Of a stretch of DNA of 64,000 bases, positions 48,536-58,685 are shown piece after piece (position 1 is the stretch's first letter; every line of letters begins with the position of its first letter). Location: assembly GCA_963664395.2 (NCBI GenBank), contig OY761159.2:3392001-3456000 (forward strand), in the 5' to 3' direction. The DNA comes from Candidatus Binatia bacterium. Its GTDB lineage: Bacteria > Desulfobacterota > Binatia > Bin18. The translations under genes were made by a program, and so were the position numbers. The notes under the pieces were generated by a model that saw nothing but the letters and a program-made list of their open reading frames with translations, was not told where the DNA came from and did no database searches.

Positions 48536-49447
48536 ATGCCGGAAACCCTGCTCAGTACGCGTGAAGTCGCTGCCTACCTGCATATCAATGACAAGCAGGT
48601 CTACCGTTTGATCCGAAACGGAGCGATTCCGTGCACGCGCGTAACCGGCAAATGGCTGTTCCCACAAAGCCTGGTCGAGGACTGGGTGAAACGGAGCGTA
48701 CAGGCGCAGGGGCCAGCAGCCCCGTCCCCAGGGCAGTTCGGACCTGAACGTGGGCTCTTAATCGCGGGCAGTAACGATCTCTTGCTCGACGCCTTGCTTG
48801 ACCTGGCGGGGCAACGTTTTCCGGAACAGCTCTTTTACACCACGAATCTTGGGAGTTTCGGTGGGTTAGCGGCCCTCAAACAGGCACAGACCCATGTGGC
48901 TCTGGCCCATCTATCCGATCCCGAAACAGGCGAATACAACACGCCGTTTCTGGCACAAGCCGGCCAGTCTGACCTGGTGGCCGTGACCCTCTGGCATCGC
49001 CGGCTTGGATTGATCTCCCGGCCCGACAGCCGGCCGATACGCTCACTTGCCGAACTGCCCCGCAAGAAGAAACGTCTGGTGAACCGCCACGCCAAGTCTG
49101 GCGTTCGCTGGCTCATCGATCAGCAGCTTCGGCAGGCTCAGATCAAACCGGAACATATCAAGGGCTATGACGTAGAAGCCTGGACTCATTGGGAGGTCGG
49201 ATTACACGTGCTCCACGGTCGTGCGGATGTCGGGGTGGCCGTCCAGGCAGTGGCTGAGCTTTTGGGTCTCTCATTTACCGAAATGGTTGAGGAGCGGTTT
49301 GATTTGCTCGTCTCCAAAGATATGTATTTTGCCAAACCAGTCCAAGCTCTTCTGGATGTTGTCACCTCGCCTGAATTAAAAGAGCGTGCGACCTCGCTTG
49401 GGGGCTATGAAGTCCGCGAGGCCGGTACAGTCGTGTGTGTCACATAA
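48536..49447 (+). CDS. Excisionase-type HTH + periplasmic-binding-fold regulator (molybdate/tungstate-associated)
   Basis: LLSTREVAAYLHINDKQVYRLI; AGSND, GSFGGL, VNR..SGVR, ERFDL. Confidence 0.88.
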   Translation: MPETLLSTREVAAYLHINDKQVYRLIRNGAIPCTRVTGKWLFPQSLVEDWVKRSVQAQGPAAPSPGQFGPERGLLIAGSNDLLLDALLDLAGQRFPEQLFYTTNLGSFGGLAALKQAQTHVALAHLSDPETGEYNTPFLAQAGQSDLVAVTLWHRRLGLISRPDSRPIRSLAELPRKKKRLVNRHAKSGVRWLIDQQLRQAQIKPEHIKGYDVEAWTHWEVGLHVLHGRADVGVAVQAVAELLGLSFTEMVEERFDLLVSKDMYFAKPVQALLDVVTSPELKERATSLGGYEVREAGTVVCVT

Positions 49448-49461
49448 CGGATCAACAGCCC

Positions 49462-50169
49462 ATGCAGGATTTCGGACAGGCCTTTGCCTTGGCATTTCAG
49501 CTCATTGTCTCGACTGACCCCATGCTCGGTGAAATTATATTCCTTTCACTGAGAGTGAGTATCAGTGCGGTCGTGCTGGCGAGTGTGATTGGACTCTGCA
49601 TCGGGGCAACACTCGGACTTTCGGATTTCCCCGGCCGGAGCGCGGTCGTCGTCCTCTTCAATGCCTTGATGGGCCTGCCCCCGGTTGTGGTTGGCCTGCT
49701 GGTCTATATGACGCTGTCCAACGCGGGTCCGCTCGGCTGGCTGCATCTCTTGTACACGCCGACGGCAATGATTATAGCCCAAACCATTTTGGTCACGCCC
49801 ATTATCGCCAGTTTATCACGGCAGGTGATAGAGGATCTCTATGCCGAATATCGAGAACAATTGCTCTCGCTCGGTGTTCCCCTCAGAACGGCCATTGCCG
49901 TCCTCTTATGGGACGCCCGGTATAGTTTACTGACCGTCGCCCTGGCCGGCTTCGGGCGGGCTGTTGCGGAAGTGGGCGCGGTGATTATTGTCGGCGGAAA
50001 TATCAAGCACGTGACGCGGGTGATGACGACCGCCATTGCGCTGGAAACCTCGAAAGGGGACTTGGCTCTTGCCCTGGCGTTGGGTCTCATTCTCATCCTG
50101 ATTGCGCTGAGCGTAAATGCCACCGTGTCGCTCCTGCGCCTGAGTGCATCCAGCAGAGCGTATGCCTAG
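49462..50169 (+). CDS. tupB: Tungstate ABC transporter permease
   Basis: MGLPPVVVGL, FGRAVAEVGAVIIVGGNI, TTAIALETSKG. Confidence 0.88.
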   Translation: MQDFGQAFALAFQLIVSTDPMLGEIIFLSLRVSISAVVLASVIGLCIGATLGLSDFPGRSAVVVLFNALMGLPPVVVGLLVYMTLSNAGPLGWLHLLYTPTAMIIAQTILVTPIIASLSRQVIEDLYAEYREQLLSLGVPLRTAIAVLLWDARYSLLTVALAGFGRAVAEVGAVIIVGGNIKHVTRVMTTAIALETSKGDLALALALGLILILIALSVNATVSLLRLSASSRAYA

Positions 50170-50935
50170 TCTGGGGTGTGGGCTTCCAGCCCGCAATAAG
50201 CGCGGCCAGAATGGCCACGCTCCGCTGTTCCCGCTCCGCGTTCGCCAGCTCGTCTATAGCGTCGGTAAACAGCGGCTCATTGCCGGTATTGATCTGACAA
50301 TCGAGCAGGGCCCGCGTACGGTTATTATGGGGCCGAACGGAGCGGGTAAGAGTCTCCTGCTGCGCCTCCTGCATGGATTACTGACTCCCAGCGCAGGGGT
50401 GATTTGTTGGGGCGAAGCCCAAGCGGGAGACCTGGTGCGGCATCGCCAGGCACTCGTATTCCAACGCCCGGTTTTGTTGCGGCGCTCAGTCGGAGCGAAT
50501 CTTCGTTTTGTGCTCAAGCTGCGACAGTACGCCCGAGCCGAAAGAGAGGAGCGCCTGCGGCACATCCTGGAACTCGCCAGCCTCTCGCATCTGGTCGATC
50601 GCCCGGCCCGGGTCCTTTCCAATGGTGAGCAACAACGCGTAGCCATTGCGCGGGCCCTGGTCCTTGAACCGGAGGTACTCTTGCTCGACGAGCCAACCGT
50701 CAGTTTGGACCCGGTTTCAGTCCGCGCGATTGAAGAGCTGATGCTCGCTGCGCATGCGCGGGGGACGAAGATTATACTGGTGACCCACGATATTGGTCAG
50801 GCCCGTCGTCTCGCGGACGAAGTTGTTTTTCTCTCTCAGGGTCGGGTCGCCGAGCATTCTTCCGCTCTCCGGTTCTTTCAGCAGCCCAGCTCGGAGGAAG
50901 CTCAAACCTATGGAGAGAGCCGGATCGTTCTGTGA
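50162..50935 (+). CDS. tupC: Tungstate ABC transporter ATPase
   Basis: GPNGAGKS, LSNGEQQR, LLLDEPT, VTH. Confidence 0.88.
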   Translation: MPSLGCGLPARNKRGQNGHAPLFPLRVRQLVYSVGKQRLIAGIDLTIEQGPRTVIMGPNGAGKSLLLRLLHGLLTPSAGVICWGEAQAGDLVRHRQALVFQRPVLLRRSVGANLRFVLKLRQYARAEREERLRHILELASLSHLVDRPARVLSNGEQQRVAIARALVLEPEVLLLDEPTVSLDPVSVRAIEELMLAAHARGTKIILVTHDIGQARRLADEVVFLSQGRVAEHSSALRFFQQPSSEEAQTYGESRIVL

Positions 50936-50963
50936 GGGAGAACGCACGCTCAGGAAAACAGGC

Positions 50964-51794
50964 ATGCCAACACCTCGACTGTGGTACCTACTCGCCGTCT
51001 TCAGCCTGACGCTTCTCTTCAGTGGACCAGGTCGGGCTGAGGACCGCTTTATTATTCTCCAGTCATCGACGTCGACCCAGAATTCCGGCTTGTTTGACGC
51101 CATACTGCCCCGTTTTCAAACCAGGACCGGCATTGCAGTGCGTGTGGTTGCGGTCGGGACCGGTCAGGCGCTCAAGAACGCCCGCAACGGCGATGGCGAT
51201 GTGCTGCTGGTGCATGCCAAGCCTGAGGAAGAAGTCTTTGTCGCGGAGGGCTGGGGGGTGAAACGGTATGATGTCATGTACAACAGTTTTATGATTGTCG
51301 GTCCGGCGAACGATCCTGCAAAGATTGGTGGTATGCAGGAGGCGGGAGCTGCGCTCAGAAAGCTCTCCCAAGCCGGCGCTCCATTTGTGTCGCGCGGAGA
51401 TGAAAGCGGTACTCATAAAAAAGAACAGGCATTGTGGAAAGCTGCGGCTGTTGATCCGCTGGATGCCGGTGGGACGTGGTATCGAGAGGCTGGCGCCGGT
51501 ATGGGGGCAACCCTGAACACCACGGTCGGGATGCAGGCCTACACGCTGGCCGACCGTGGCACCTGGCTGAGTTTCCGCAACAAGGGCGACTTCACTATCC
51601 TGGTTGAGGGAGACCCGCAGCTTTTCAATCAATATGGGGTGATCCTGGTGAATCCGGATAAACACCCGCATGTGAAAGCTGAATTTGGTCAGCAGTTTAT
51701 TGACTGGCTGATCGGGTCCGAAGGGCAAAGCCTCATCGCCGGCTATACCATCGATGGTCAACAGCTCTTTTTTCCCAATGCTCCAGGAGGATAG
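50964..51794 (+). CDS. tupA: Tungstate ABC transporter substrate-binding protein
   Basis: STSTQNSGL, AVGTGQAL, SRGDESGTH, NQYGVILVNP. Confidence 0.9.
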   Translation: MPTPRLWYLLAVFSLTLLFSGPGRAEDRFIILQSSTSTQNSGLFDAILPRFQTRTGIAVRVVAVGTGQALKNARNGDGDVLLVHAKPEEEVFVAEGWGVKRYDVMYNSFMIVGPANDPAKIGGMQEAGAALRKLSQAGAPFVSRGDESGTHKKEQALWKAAAVDPLDAGGTWYREAGAGMGATLNTTVGMQAYTLADRGTWLSFRNKGDFTILVEGDPQLFNQYGVILVNPDKHPHVKAEFGQQFIDWLIGSEGQSLIAGYTIDGQQLFFPNAPGG

Positions 51795-51816
51795 TACACA
51801 AGCCGGAGGGGTAGAT

Positions 51817-52221
51817 ATGATCACTGGAAGCTGTCACTGCCAGACCGTTCGATTTGAAATCACCGAGGAGATTCATGGCTTCATGCACTGCCATTGCCAT
51901 ACGTGTCGCAAGATCAATGGCACGCTGTATGGGTCGAGTGCGCTGGTGACGACGGCGGGGTTCACCATTGTTACCGGCCAGGACGCGCTGACCGCCTATG
52001 AGTCGTCGCCCGGAAAAAAGCGCTGTTTTTGTTCTCGATGCGGCGCGCATGTGTATGCGTATTTTGACCGTGATCCACAGACCATACTCCTTCGTATCGG
52101 CACCTTGGACGCTGATCCGGGAGTGCGCGCCGAGGGCCATATATGGGTGAGTCATAAAGCACCCTGGTATGAGATCCAGGATGACCTGCCCCGCTTTGAC
52201 GAGGGTCCTGACAAACGCTGA
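51817..52221 (+). CDS. GFA family Zn-binding protein
   Basis: GSCHC, CHCHTCRK, FCSRCG. Confidence 0.9.
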   Translation: MITGSCHCQTVRFEITEEIHGFMHCHCHTCRKINGTLYGSSALVTTAGFTIVTGQDALTAYESSPGKKRCFCSRCGAHVYAYFDRDPQTILLRIGTLDADPGVRAEGHIWVSHKAPWYEIQDDLPRFDEGPDKR

Positions 52222-52314
52222 ACCTGTGACGTGGCTCCGATCTTCCGGTAAAAGTTTCTGAGAGGCGAGGTCAGCGCAGGTTGGATAAAAAGGGCGGGTA
52301 GGGGAGCGACCGGC

Positions 52315-52854
52315 GTGGAACAGGCTATTGAACGCATCCTATTCTCAGCGTCGGAAATCCGAGCAGGGATAGGCCGCGTTGCCCAGGAGGTCGCGGCCTA
52401 TTACCGGGACGCGCCCTGTACGGTTGTGTCGGTGCTCAAAGGCGGCTGTCTCTTTACGGCTGATATCATCCGCCAGCTTCCCTTCCCACTCAGCCTGAGC
52501 TTTGCCGCGGTATCGAGTTATGGAGACGGGACAACGAGTGGCAGGCTTAGCCTGGACTATTTCCCGACCGACCAGGAAATCCGGGGGCAGCGCATTCTCC
52601 TGGTCGATGACATTCTTGACACTGGCCGGACGCTCAGGTTTCTCCGAGGAGAGCTCTTGAAACAAGGGGCACGTGAAGTCAAAACATGTGTGCTGCTCGA
52701 CAAACCTGCACGTCGGGGAGTGGATTATAAAGCTGACTTTCGCTGTTTTGTCATCGAAGACGTGTTCGTTGTGGGCTATGGGCTCGACTTTGCTGGCCGC
52801 TATCGCAATCTGCCGTATATTGCCGTCTTACGGCCCGAGGTCTATGCCGAGTAG
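52315..52854 (+). CDS. hpt: Hypoxanthine phosphoribosyltransferase
   Basis: VLKGG, SSYG, LVDDILDTGRTL, FVVGYGLD...RNLPYI. Confidence 0.9.
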   Translation: MEQAIERILFSASEIRAGIGRVAQEVAAYYRDAPCTVVSVLKGGCLFTADIIRQLPFPLSLSFAAVSSYGDGTTSGRLSLDYFPTDQEIRGQRILLVDDILDTGRTLRFLRGELLKQGAREVKTCVLLDKPARRGVDYKADFRCFVIEDVFVVGYGLDFAGRYRNLPYIAVLRPEVYAE

Positions 52855-52865
52855 GAATGACAAAC

Positions 52866-52902
52866 AAAAAGAGGCGGGCCACACGGCCCGCCCCTCTTTT
52901 TT
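52866..52902. terminator. Bidirectional intrinsic terminator
   Basis: aaaaagaggcgggcc-acac-ggcccgcccctctttttt between convergent genes. Confidence 0.8.
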
Positions 52903-52925
52903 CGACAAGAGCGTCCTGAGACCGT

Positions 52926-53846
52926 TTACGACAGCGCGGCGTCGAGCGTTTCCACTGACGGGGCGAAGTAGAACGAACCGGAGGCCGGGTTGCTGTAAGA
53001 GGTGAGCCGGTCGCGTTCCTGACCGTCCATACCATACATGGCTCGCATCCGCTCGCGCAGCGGGGCTTGGCTCTTACAGAAGGCCATGAAGTACAAGCCA
53101 ACCATCCCATCGTGGAAGGCGTACGGAGTCGAACGACGCGAAATCTCATCTCGCTTGGGGGTGCTGTCGTTGCCGGTTCTGCCCTCGCGCAGCTCGACAT
53201 GCGAGAGATGGGAGGGAGAGGGTTGGGGGGACAGGCGGGTTGAGTCAGCCTTGGTCCGGCCAAAGACTTTTTCCTGCTCTTCAACGGGCAGGAGATTAAA
53301 GGCTTCCAGGTCATGAATCCAACGCTGGGCGATAATGAAGCTCCCGCCCGCGCCCGGCTCGCCATCCGGAACGACGGCGACTTCAACATCCCGCTCGGGC
53401 TCGGGGTTGCCGGTGCCATCTTTGAACCCGGACAGGTCGAGCGAGTCGCCGAAAATGAACGTCATGGTCTCGCGGGCAACCCGCATATGCCCTTTCAGGG
53501 CTTCCCGAGCGTCCCACTGGGCCTTCCAGACTTCATCCTTTTTTTCGCTGTTCAGCCAGAACAGGAGCTCTTCCTGGGTGCCCTTGGCTTCCTTACCACT
53601 TCCATCGATCGAATTGAACGTTTCGTAGGGCTGGAAATCGTTGGGCCCGTCGTCCGTGAGGTCCGAGAGGAGTGATGGTCCGAGGCCGATGGTCAGATTG
53701 ATGCCTTTGTCGGCACAGTCTTTCCGTAACTGCTGGACCGCAGATTTGATCACGCCCATATCAGCGCCATCCAGACGACTGAGGTGGACGTACCACTGGT
53801 GCTGGCCCATGTTTCTATTGAGAACTGCTGGTTGGGGTGTTGCCAT
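52926..53846 (-). CDS. DyP-type peroxidase (second, divergent)
   Basis: DLSGFKDGTGNP, GGSFIIAQRWIH, SHLSH, RRSTPY. Confidence 0.9.
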   Translation of the reverse strand: MATPQPAVLNRNMGQHQWYVHLSRLDGADMGVIKSAVQQLRKDCADKGINLTIGLGPSLLSDLTDDGPNDFQPYETFNSIDGSGKEAKGTQEELLFWLNSEKKDEVWKAQWDAREALKGHMRVARETMTFIFGDSLDLSGFKDGTGNPEPERDVEVAVVPDGEPGAGGSFIIAQRWIHDLEAFNLLPVEEQEKVFGRTKADSTRLSPQPSPSHLSHVELREGRTGNDSTPKRDEISRRSTPYAFHDGMVGLYFMAFCKSQAPLRERMRAMYGMDGQERDRLTSYSNPASGSFYFAPSVETLDAALS

Positions 53847-54082
53847 AAGGCCCTCCTTGCTTCTAATTATTATGGATAAATGTGATGTTGTCTTATCTGA
53901 GAGAACTCACTGCTGTCAAGGGATTCAGACGCTTCTCAATCCCGCTATGGCGACGGAGCCGACTGATAAAGCCCCCATTTGGTTTGCCCCTTGGTCTACC
54001 TCTTGCATGTGAAGTGGCGAATCTCTAAAAGAGAATGAACATTCACTCAGACACTCAGGCACTTAGGATAGGGGGGGACCGA

Positions 54083-55348
54083 ATGCGAATAAGAAAGCGT
54101 AGCGTCCTGTGTCTCACTGGCATAATGAGCTTGGTGGGGCTGTTGTCAGGAGGCGTGTATGCCCAGGACGGAGACCAAAAACTGCTGGATGGTTTTCTCC
54201 CTTACCGTAATGGCAGCCCACAGATTGACGGGATTACGCCCGGCATGACGCTGACCAAAGAAAATGTCCAGCTTGCCGAAAAGGTGTTGCCGCCGGAGAT
54301 CGTCCGCGTTGTCCAGGCCGGAGATTTTGAGATTCCGGTGCAGGCGACAACCGATCTTCCTATCCTGGATGCCTATATGCAGGCGTCGGTCGAAAATGCC
54401 GGCCAAACCCAACTCGGCGCCGATGGCGAACTCCAGAACTACACGCTGGGCCAGCCTTTCCCCCTGATCGATCCGGCCGACCCGCAGGCCGGGCTCAAGG
54501 CCGCCTGGAATTACCGCATGCGCTATATGGGCGATACGCTCGTAACCCACGGCGTCCTGCGTACGATCAACAGCTCCGGCAATACCGAACGGGCGGTGGA
54601 CACTCGCTATTCGCGCATGTACGGCATGTTCCGCCCGAATCCCGAGCGCAACGTACCGAAATGGGCCAAGGAAGGGACATGGTGGCGGGAACACTCAATC
54701 GTCATGAGTCCCCAAGACCTTGAAGGGGCTCAGAGTCTCACCTTTCACTATGCGGCGGATACGACAAACCAGAAGGGATGGGCCTACGACCCGCAGAGTC
54801 GCCGCACGCGCAGCATTGTCGTCAACCATCATGCGGCCTCATTCGAGGCGAGTTTCTTAATCGAAGATCATACCGGCTTTCAGGGCTATCTACACAACTT
54901 CACCTGGAAGTATCTGGGCGAACAGGTGGCACTGGTGCCGGGGTTCGTTGGCGGAACGCCTCCGGAGTATGGCGGCAAAGGCGGCTGGTATCCCCAATCC
55001 CCGTGGGAATTGCGCAAGGTCATCGTTCTTGAATCAACCTCCAACGATTCGGGCCACCCGTATGGCAAGCGGCGCTTGTACATCGATCGACAGATTTATT
55101 CGGTCTTTTACGTCTTTGTATATGACCATGAGGGCAATCATTGGCGGACGCTGCTCCACACGTTTGGTGACCCTGCCGATGATCCGGACCATGCAGAGGC
55201 GAAAGGCACGCATCTCCACTTAGGCAATGTATGGATTGACTACAAAAGCAATAGCGCCGCCCTGTGGACCGCCGACAAGGTTTTGGTCAACAAACCACTC
55301 AAACCCAAGAAGTTTACGGTCAGAGAGATGGTACGCCTGGGGAAGTGA
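54083..55348 (+). CDS. DUF1329 exported protein
   Basis: Signal peptide; GQPFP, WAYDPQSRRTR, WELRKV, HPYGKRRLYID. Confidence 0.85.
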   Translation: MRIRKRSVLCLTGIMSLVGLLSGGVYAQDGDQKLLDGFLPYRNGSPQIDGITPGMTLTKENVQLAEKVLPPEIVRVVQAGDFEIPVQATTDLPILDAYMQASVENAGQTQLGADGELQNYTLGQPFPLIDPADPQAGLKAAWNYRMRYMGDTLVTHGVLRTINSSGNTERAVDTRYSRMYGMFRPNPERNVPKWAKEGTWWREHSIVMSPQDLEGAQSLTFHYAADTTNQKGWAYDPQSRRTRSIVVNHHAASFEASFLIEDHTGFQGYLHNFTWKYLGEQVALVPGFVGGTPPEYGGKGGWYPQSPWELRKVIVLESTSNDSGHPYGKRRLYIDRQIYSVFYVFVYDHEGNHWRTLLHTFGDPADDPDHAEAKGTHLHLGNVWIDYKSNSAALWTADKVLVNKPLKPKKFTVREMVRLGK

Positions 55349-55384
55349 CGGGGAGCGAGTGATGCAAGGAGATGGGGTAAAGGC

Positions 55385-57226
55385 GTGCAAAGTATGCAAA
55401 ATACGATGCAAGAGACGACGAATGAGCGCCCTCCATCGCTCCTGAGACGGACCGGGCTGCTCCCGCTTGGTGGCTTGATTGGTGGTTTGCTCGTTGGCCT
55501 GTTGCTCTGGCCCGCCCTGCTGTACGCCCGCTTTCTGGACGAGGCCCAAACGTTGCGCTTTAACGGCCGGGTGTATAACCGGACGGCTATGGCAGTGGAA
55601 AACGCGGACGCGAACACCCGTCTCCAGACACCGTATAATGCATTCAACATGCTCCAGAACCGCACCTTCGTCCAACTCGAAATGCGGCACAATCTGGTGG
55701 ATCTGGTTGAAGGCAGCTATCAAGGACCTCTCAGTATTCTCGCCCCTCTCCTCAAGCCGCTGCAGTGGCTCCAGCTTGAAGATATGAGTTATTTCATGAC
55801 CTATCGGGGGGAGTACGACGGCGTCTGGGACTATGGACCCGACGTGTTCCGCGAGCGCTTTCCCCTGCTCTCCAACTGTGGTCAGCCCAGTAAACACAAA
55901 CGGACCAGTCCGCGTCAGTTTGCCGACTGCTCGCGCGTCAACCCGCGCCGCACCTTACGCAAGCGCCATCGGCTGTTCGAAGCCTATGTTGATCTGTCCT
56001 GGGAGGCGCTCTTTTTGCGCATTGGGCGACAAAACCTCTCCTGGGGAGAGACCGACGCCTTCCGGCTCCTGGATCAGATCAACCCGCTCGACGCCAGCTT
56101 TGGCGGCTTTCTCGTCTCCCTGGATGACCGCCGCGTGCCCCTGGACATGGTGCGGGCCGTGTATAGCTTTGAGGATATCGGTCCCTTCTCCGAACTGAAC
56201 ATTGAGAGCTACGGGGCCTTTGACAAGAATATCTCCAGCCCGACACCGGCTGGCTCACCCTGGTCCACCCCGAACCCGCCGGGGATGCGGAGTGTCGTCA
56301 AAAAGCCGGCGCAGAATTTCAAGGACACCCGAGGCGGCTTTCGCGTCACCGCCAGGGTCGGCGAGCTGACGCTCTCCGCGGCGCATTACTACACGTTTCT
56401 GGATACGCCGGAGGTTCGCATTGTCACTCCCAGGAAGAATCCTCCGATTAGTCTGGCGGCGTTTGAGCAAGCGGTACACGAAGGGCTGGCCTCTCAGTTC
56501 ATTGTGGATAACTTCCAGGCCAATGTGCTGTATCCGAAAATTGCGATCTCCGGTCTGACGGCTTCTTTTCCCATGCCGAAGTGGTACGCGATCATCCGCA
56601 GCGAGGCGGCTGTTTTCTGGGACGAGCCGTTCTTCAAGAACTCGGGGGCTACGCAGCTCCTCGGACCGGTCCTGTCCGGCGGCCAGCTCACACCCGGTTA
56701 CCGCCAGGTCGGGATCGATCCCGCCACCGGCTCGCCGCTGCTGTCGTATGAGAACGATATTGCCCACTCACACGTTGTGCGCTGGGCGCTGGGCATCGAT
56801 ATCAATCGCTATATTCGTGCCCTCAATCCTCAGCAGTCGTTTATTATCAGCGGGCAGATGTTCGGCACGCATATCGTCGATTTTAACGACACCTCGCTGG
56901 CCTCAGCCGGGCCGTACGGCTTTGGCCATTTTGCGATTCCGGTCAGCGAGCCGAACCGCCAGAACCAATCCCTGGTCAACATCGATCAACACCAGTTTGT
57001 GAATACGCTGAGTATCTCGACCTCCTTCCGCTCCGGGGTGATTAAACCCCAGTTGGTCTTCTTCTACGACTGGCAGGGTTCCTGGCTCGTCCAACCGGGG
57101 ATTACTCTGACGCGCGACCCTTTTCGCCTGACGCTCCAGTACAACTACCTCGACGGCCAGTACAACGGCATCGGTTTGCTGCGGGATCGGGACAATCTGA
57201 TTACGCAGCTTGAGGTGGTGTTTTAG
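55385..57226 (+). CDS. DUF1302 outer-membrane beta-barrel
   Basis: EAYVD, LRIGRQNLSWGETD, DQINPLD, LRDRDN, terminal Phe. Confidence 0.85.
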   Translation: MQSMQNTMQETTNERPPSLLRRTGLLPLGGLIGGLLVGLLLWPALLYARFLDEAQTLRFNGRVYNRTAMAVENADANTRLQTPYNAFNMLQNRTFVQLEMRHNLVDLVEGSYQGPLSILAPLLKPLQWLQLEDMSYFMTYRGEYDGVWDYGPDVFRERFPLLSNCGQPSKHKRTSPRQFADCSRVNPRRTLRKRHRLFEAYVDLSWEALFLRIGRQNLSWGETDAFRLLDQINPLDASFGGFLVSLDDRRVPLDMVRAVYSFEDIGPFSELNIESYGAFDKNISSPTPAGSPWSTPNPPGMRSVVKKPAQNFKDTRGGFRVTARVGELTLSAAHYYTFLDTPEVRIVTPRKNPPISLAAFEQAVHEGLASQFIVDNFQANVLYPKIAISGLTASFPMPKWYAIIRSEAAVFWDEPFFKNSGATQLLGPVLSGGQLTPGYRQVGIDPATGSPLLSYENDIAHSHVVRWALGIDINRYIRALNPQQSFIISGQMFGTHIVDFNDTSLASAGPYGFGHFAIPVSEPNRQNQSLVNIDQHQFVNTLSISTSFRSGVIKPQLVFFYDWQGSWLVQPGITLTRDPFRLTLQYNYLDGQYNGIGLLRDRDNLITQLEVVF

Positions 57227-58562
57227 GCCGGAGCGCGGCGATGAGATCGCCTTCACCCAGCGCTTGCTGCTTCCCGGTTGCCAGGTCCTTCAGGGTATAG
57301 AGCCGGCGCTCGACTTCATCGGGTCCGAGAATGAGCGCATAGGGAATCTGCTGGGCGTCCGCGGCTGAGAGTTGGCGCTTCAACTTGCTCTGTTCCGGAT
57401 AGACCTCAACTGTAATTCCTGCCTGCCGCAGGCGCGAGGCAAGTCCGACCGCCGGTGGCAGCGGGGTATCCGGCAGGACGCAGACCATTACCTGGGCCGT
57501 CAGTTGCAGCGCCGGAAACATGTTCCGCTCTTCCATTAAGAGCAGAATACGTTCCAAACCCAGGGAAAAGCCGACCGCCGGCACCTGCTTGTTGCTAAAC
57601 ATGCCAACCAGGTTGTCGTAGCGTCCGCCGCCACCTAACGAGCCACTAAAGTCTTGTGAGACGACTTCGAAGATTGGACCGGTATAGTAGCTCAGGCCAC
57701 GTGCCAGCGCCGGCGCCAGGTGGACATGCGAACCTGCCGGTGCATCCAGAGTTAGGGACAAAAGCGTTTCAAGGTCACCCAGCGCCTGCTGCGCTTCGGG
57801 CTGTGACAGTTGCCCGCGCAACGTTTCCAATACGCCGTGATTGTCCGTTTGTGTTGAGGTCAGAGCGAGCAGACGGTGGGCGGACTCCTGAGCAATCCCA
57901 CGTTGCATGAGTTCTTCCCGAACCCCGTCAACGCCAATTTTGTCCAGCTTATCAATAGCGATGAGAGCGGAACCCTCAAGGCCGGGGTCAATGCCGGCCG
58001 TCCCGATCATGCTGCGAAGAATCACCCGGTGGTTGAGCGCAATTGAGAAGTTCGAAAAACCGAGATCGAGTAAGGCATTGCTGACCGCGTTCATCACCTC
58101 GGCTTCGGCCAGCAGCGACGTTGTGCCAGTCAGATCAACATCGCACTGATAAAACTCACGAAAGCGACCTTTTGCCGGCCGGTCCGCCCGCCAGACGGGT
58201 TGAATCTGATAGCGCTTAAACATCCTGGGCAGGCTGTTGCCATACTGGGCCACGACGCGAGCTAACGGAACCGTGAGATCGTAGCGCAGTCCCAGCTCGG
58301 CCAGGTCCCCGGCTTCGGGGGACTCTTTTTCCAGGGCACGGGTGAGTTTGTCGCCCCGGTGGAGGAGCCGAAAGAGGAGTTGGTCGCCCTCCTCCCCATA
58401 CTTCCCTAACAGCGTGGTCAGATTTTCGATGGCCGGAGTTTCGAGGGGCAGAAAACCATAGCGCTGAAAGACGTCCTCAATCTTCGCCACAACGTAGCGT
58501 CGTTTTGCCACCGTCTCGGGTAAATAATCTCGCATGCCACTGGGCGGCTTGGTACTCGGCAT
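57201..58562 (-). CDS. hisS: Histidine--tRNA ligase
   Basis: GMRDY, LRYDLTVP, WRADRPAKGRFREFYQCD, RGLSYYTG, GGGRYD, GFSLGLER. Confidence 0.96.
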   Translation of the reverse strand: MPSTKPPSGMRDYLPETVAKRRYVVAKIEDVFQRYGFLPLETPAIENLTTLLGKYGEEGDQLLFRLLHRGDKLTRALEKESPEAGDLAELGLRYDLTVPLARVVAQYGNSLPRMFKRYQIQPVWRADRPAKGRFREFYQCDVDLTGTTSLLAEAEVMNAVSNALLDLGFSNFSIALNHRVILRSMIGTAGIDPGLEGSALIAIDKLDKIGVDGVREELMQRGIAQESAHRLLALTSTQTDNHGVLETLRGQLSQPEAQQALGDLETLLSLTLDAPAGSHVHLAPALARGLSYYTGPIFEVVSQDFSGSLGGGGRYDNLVGMFSNKQVPAVGFSLGLERILLLMEERNMFPALQLTAQVMVCVLPDTPLPPAVGLASRLRQAGITVEVYPEQSKLKRQLSAADAQQIPYALILGPDEVERRLYTLKDLATGKQQALGEGDLIAALRPKTPPQAA

Positions 58563-58685
58563 AAGGTCACCTTTGGCAGTTGGAGTCAGTGAAGAAGTGT
58601 ATCCGTTCCTGAGAGAGCTGTCAGGGCCGTAGGTCGAATTAGCGGAGCGTAATCCGGCACCAGAGCTCACCTCGTACGTTTCGAT

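Noticed and set aside
57201-57226. hisS / DUF1302 convergent overlap as a regulatory device
   Set aside because: A 26-bp 3' overlap is commonplace
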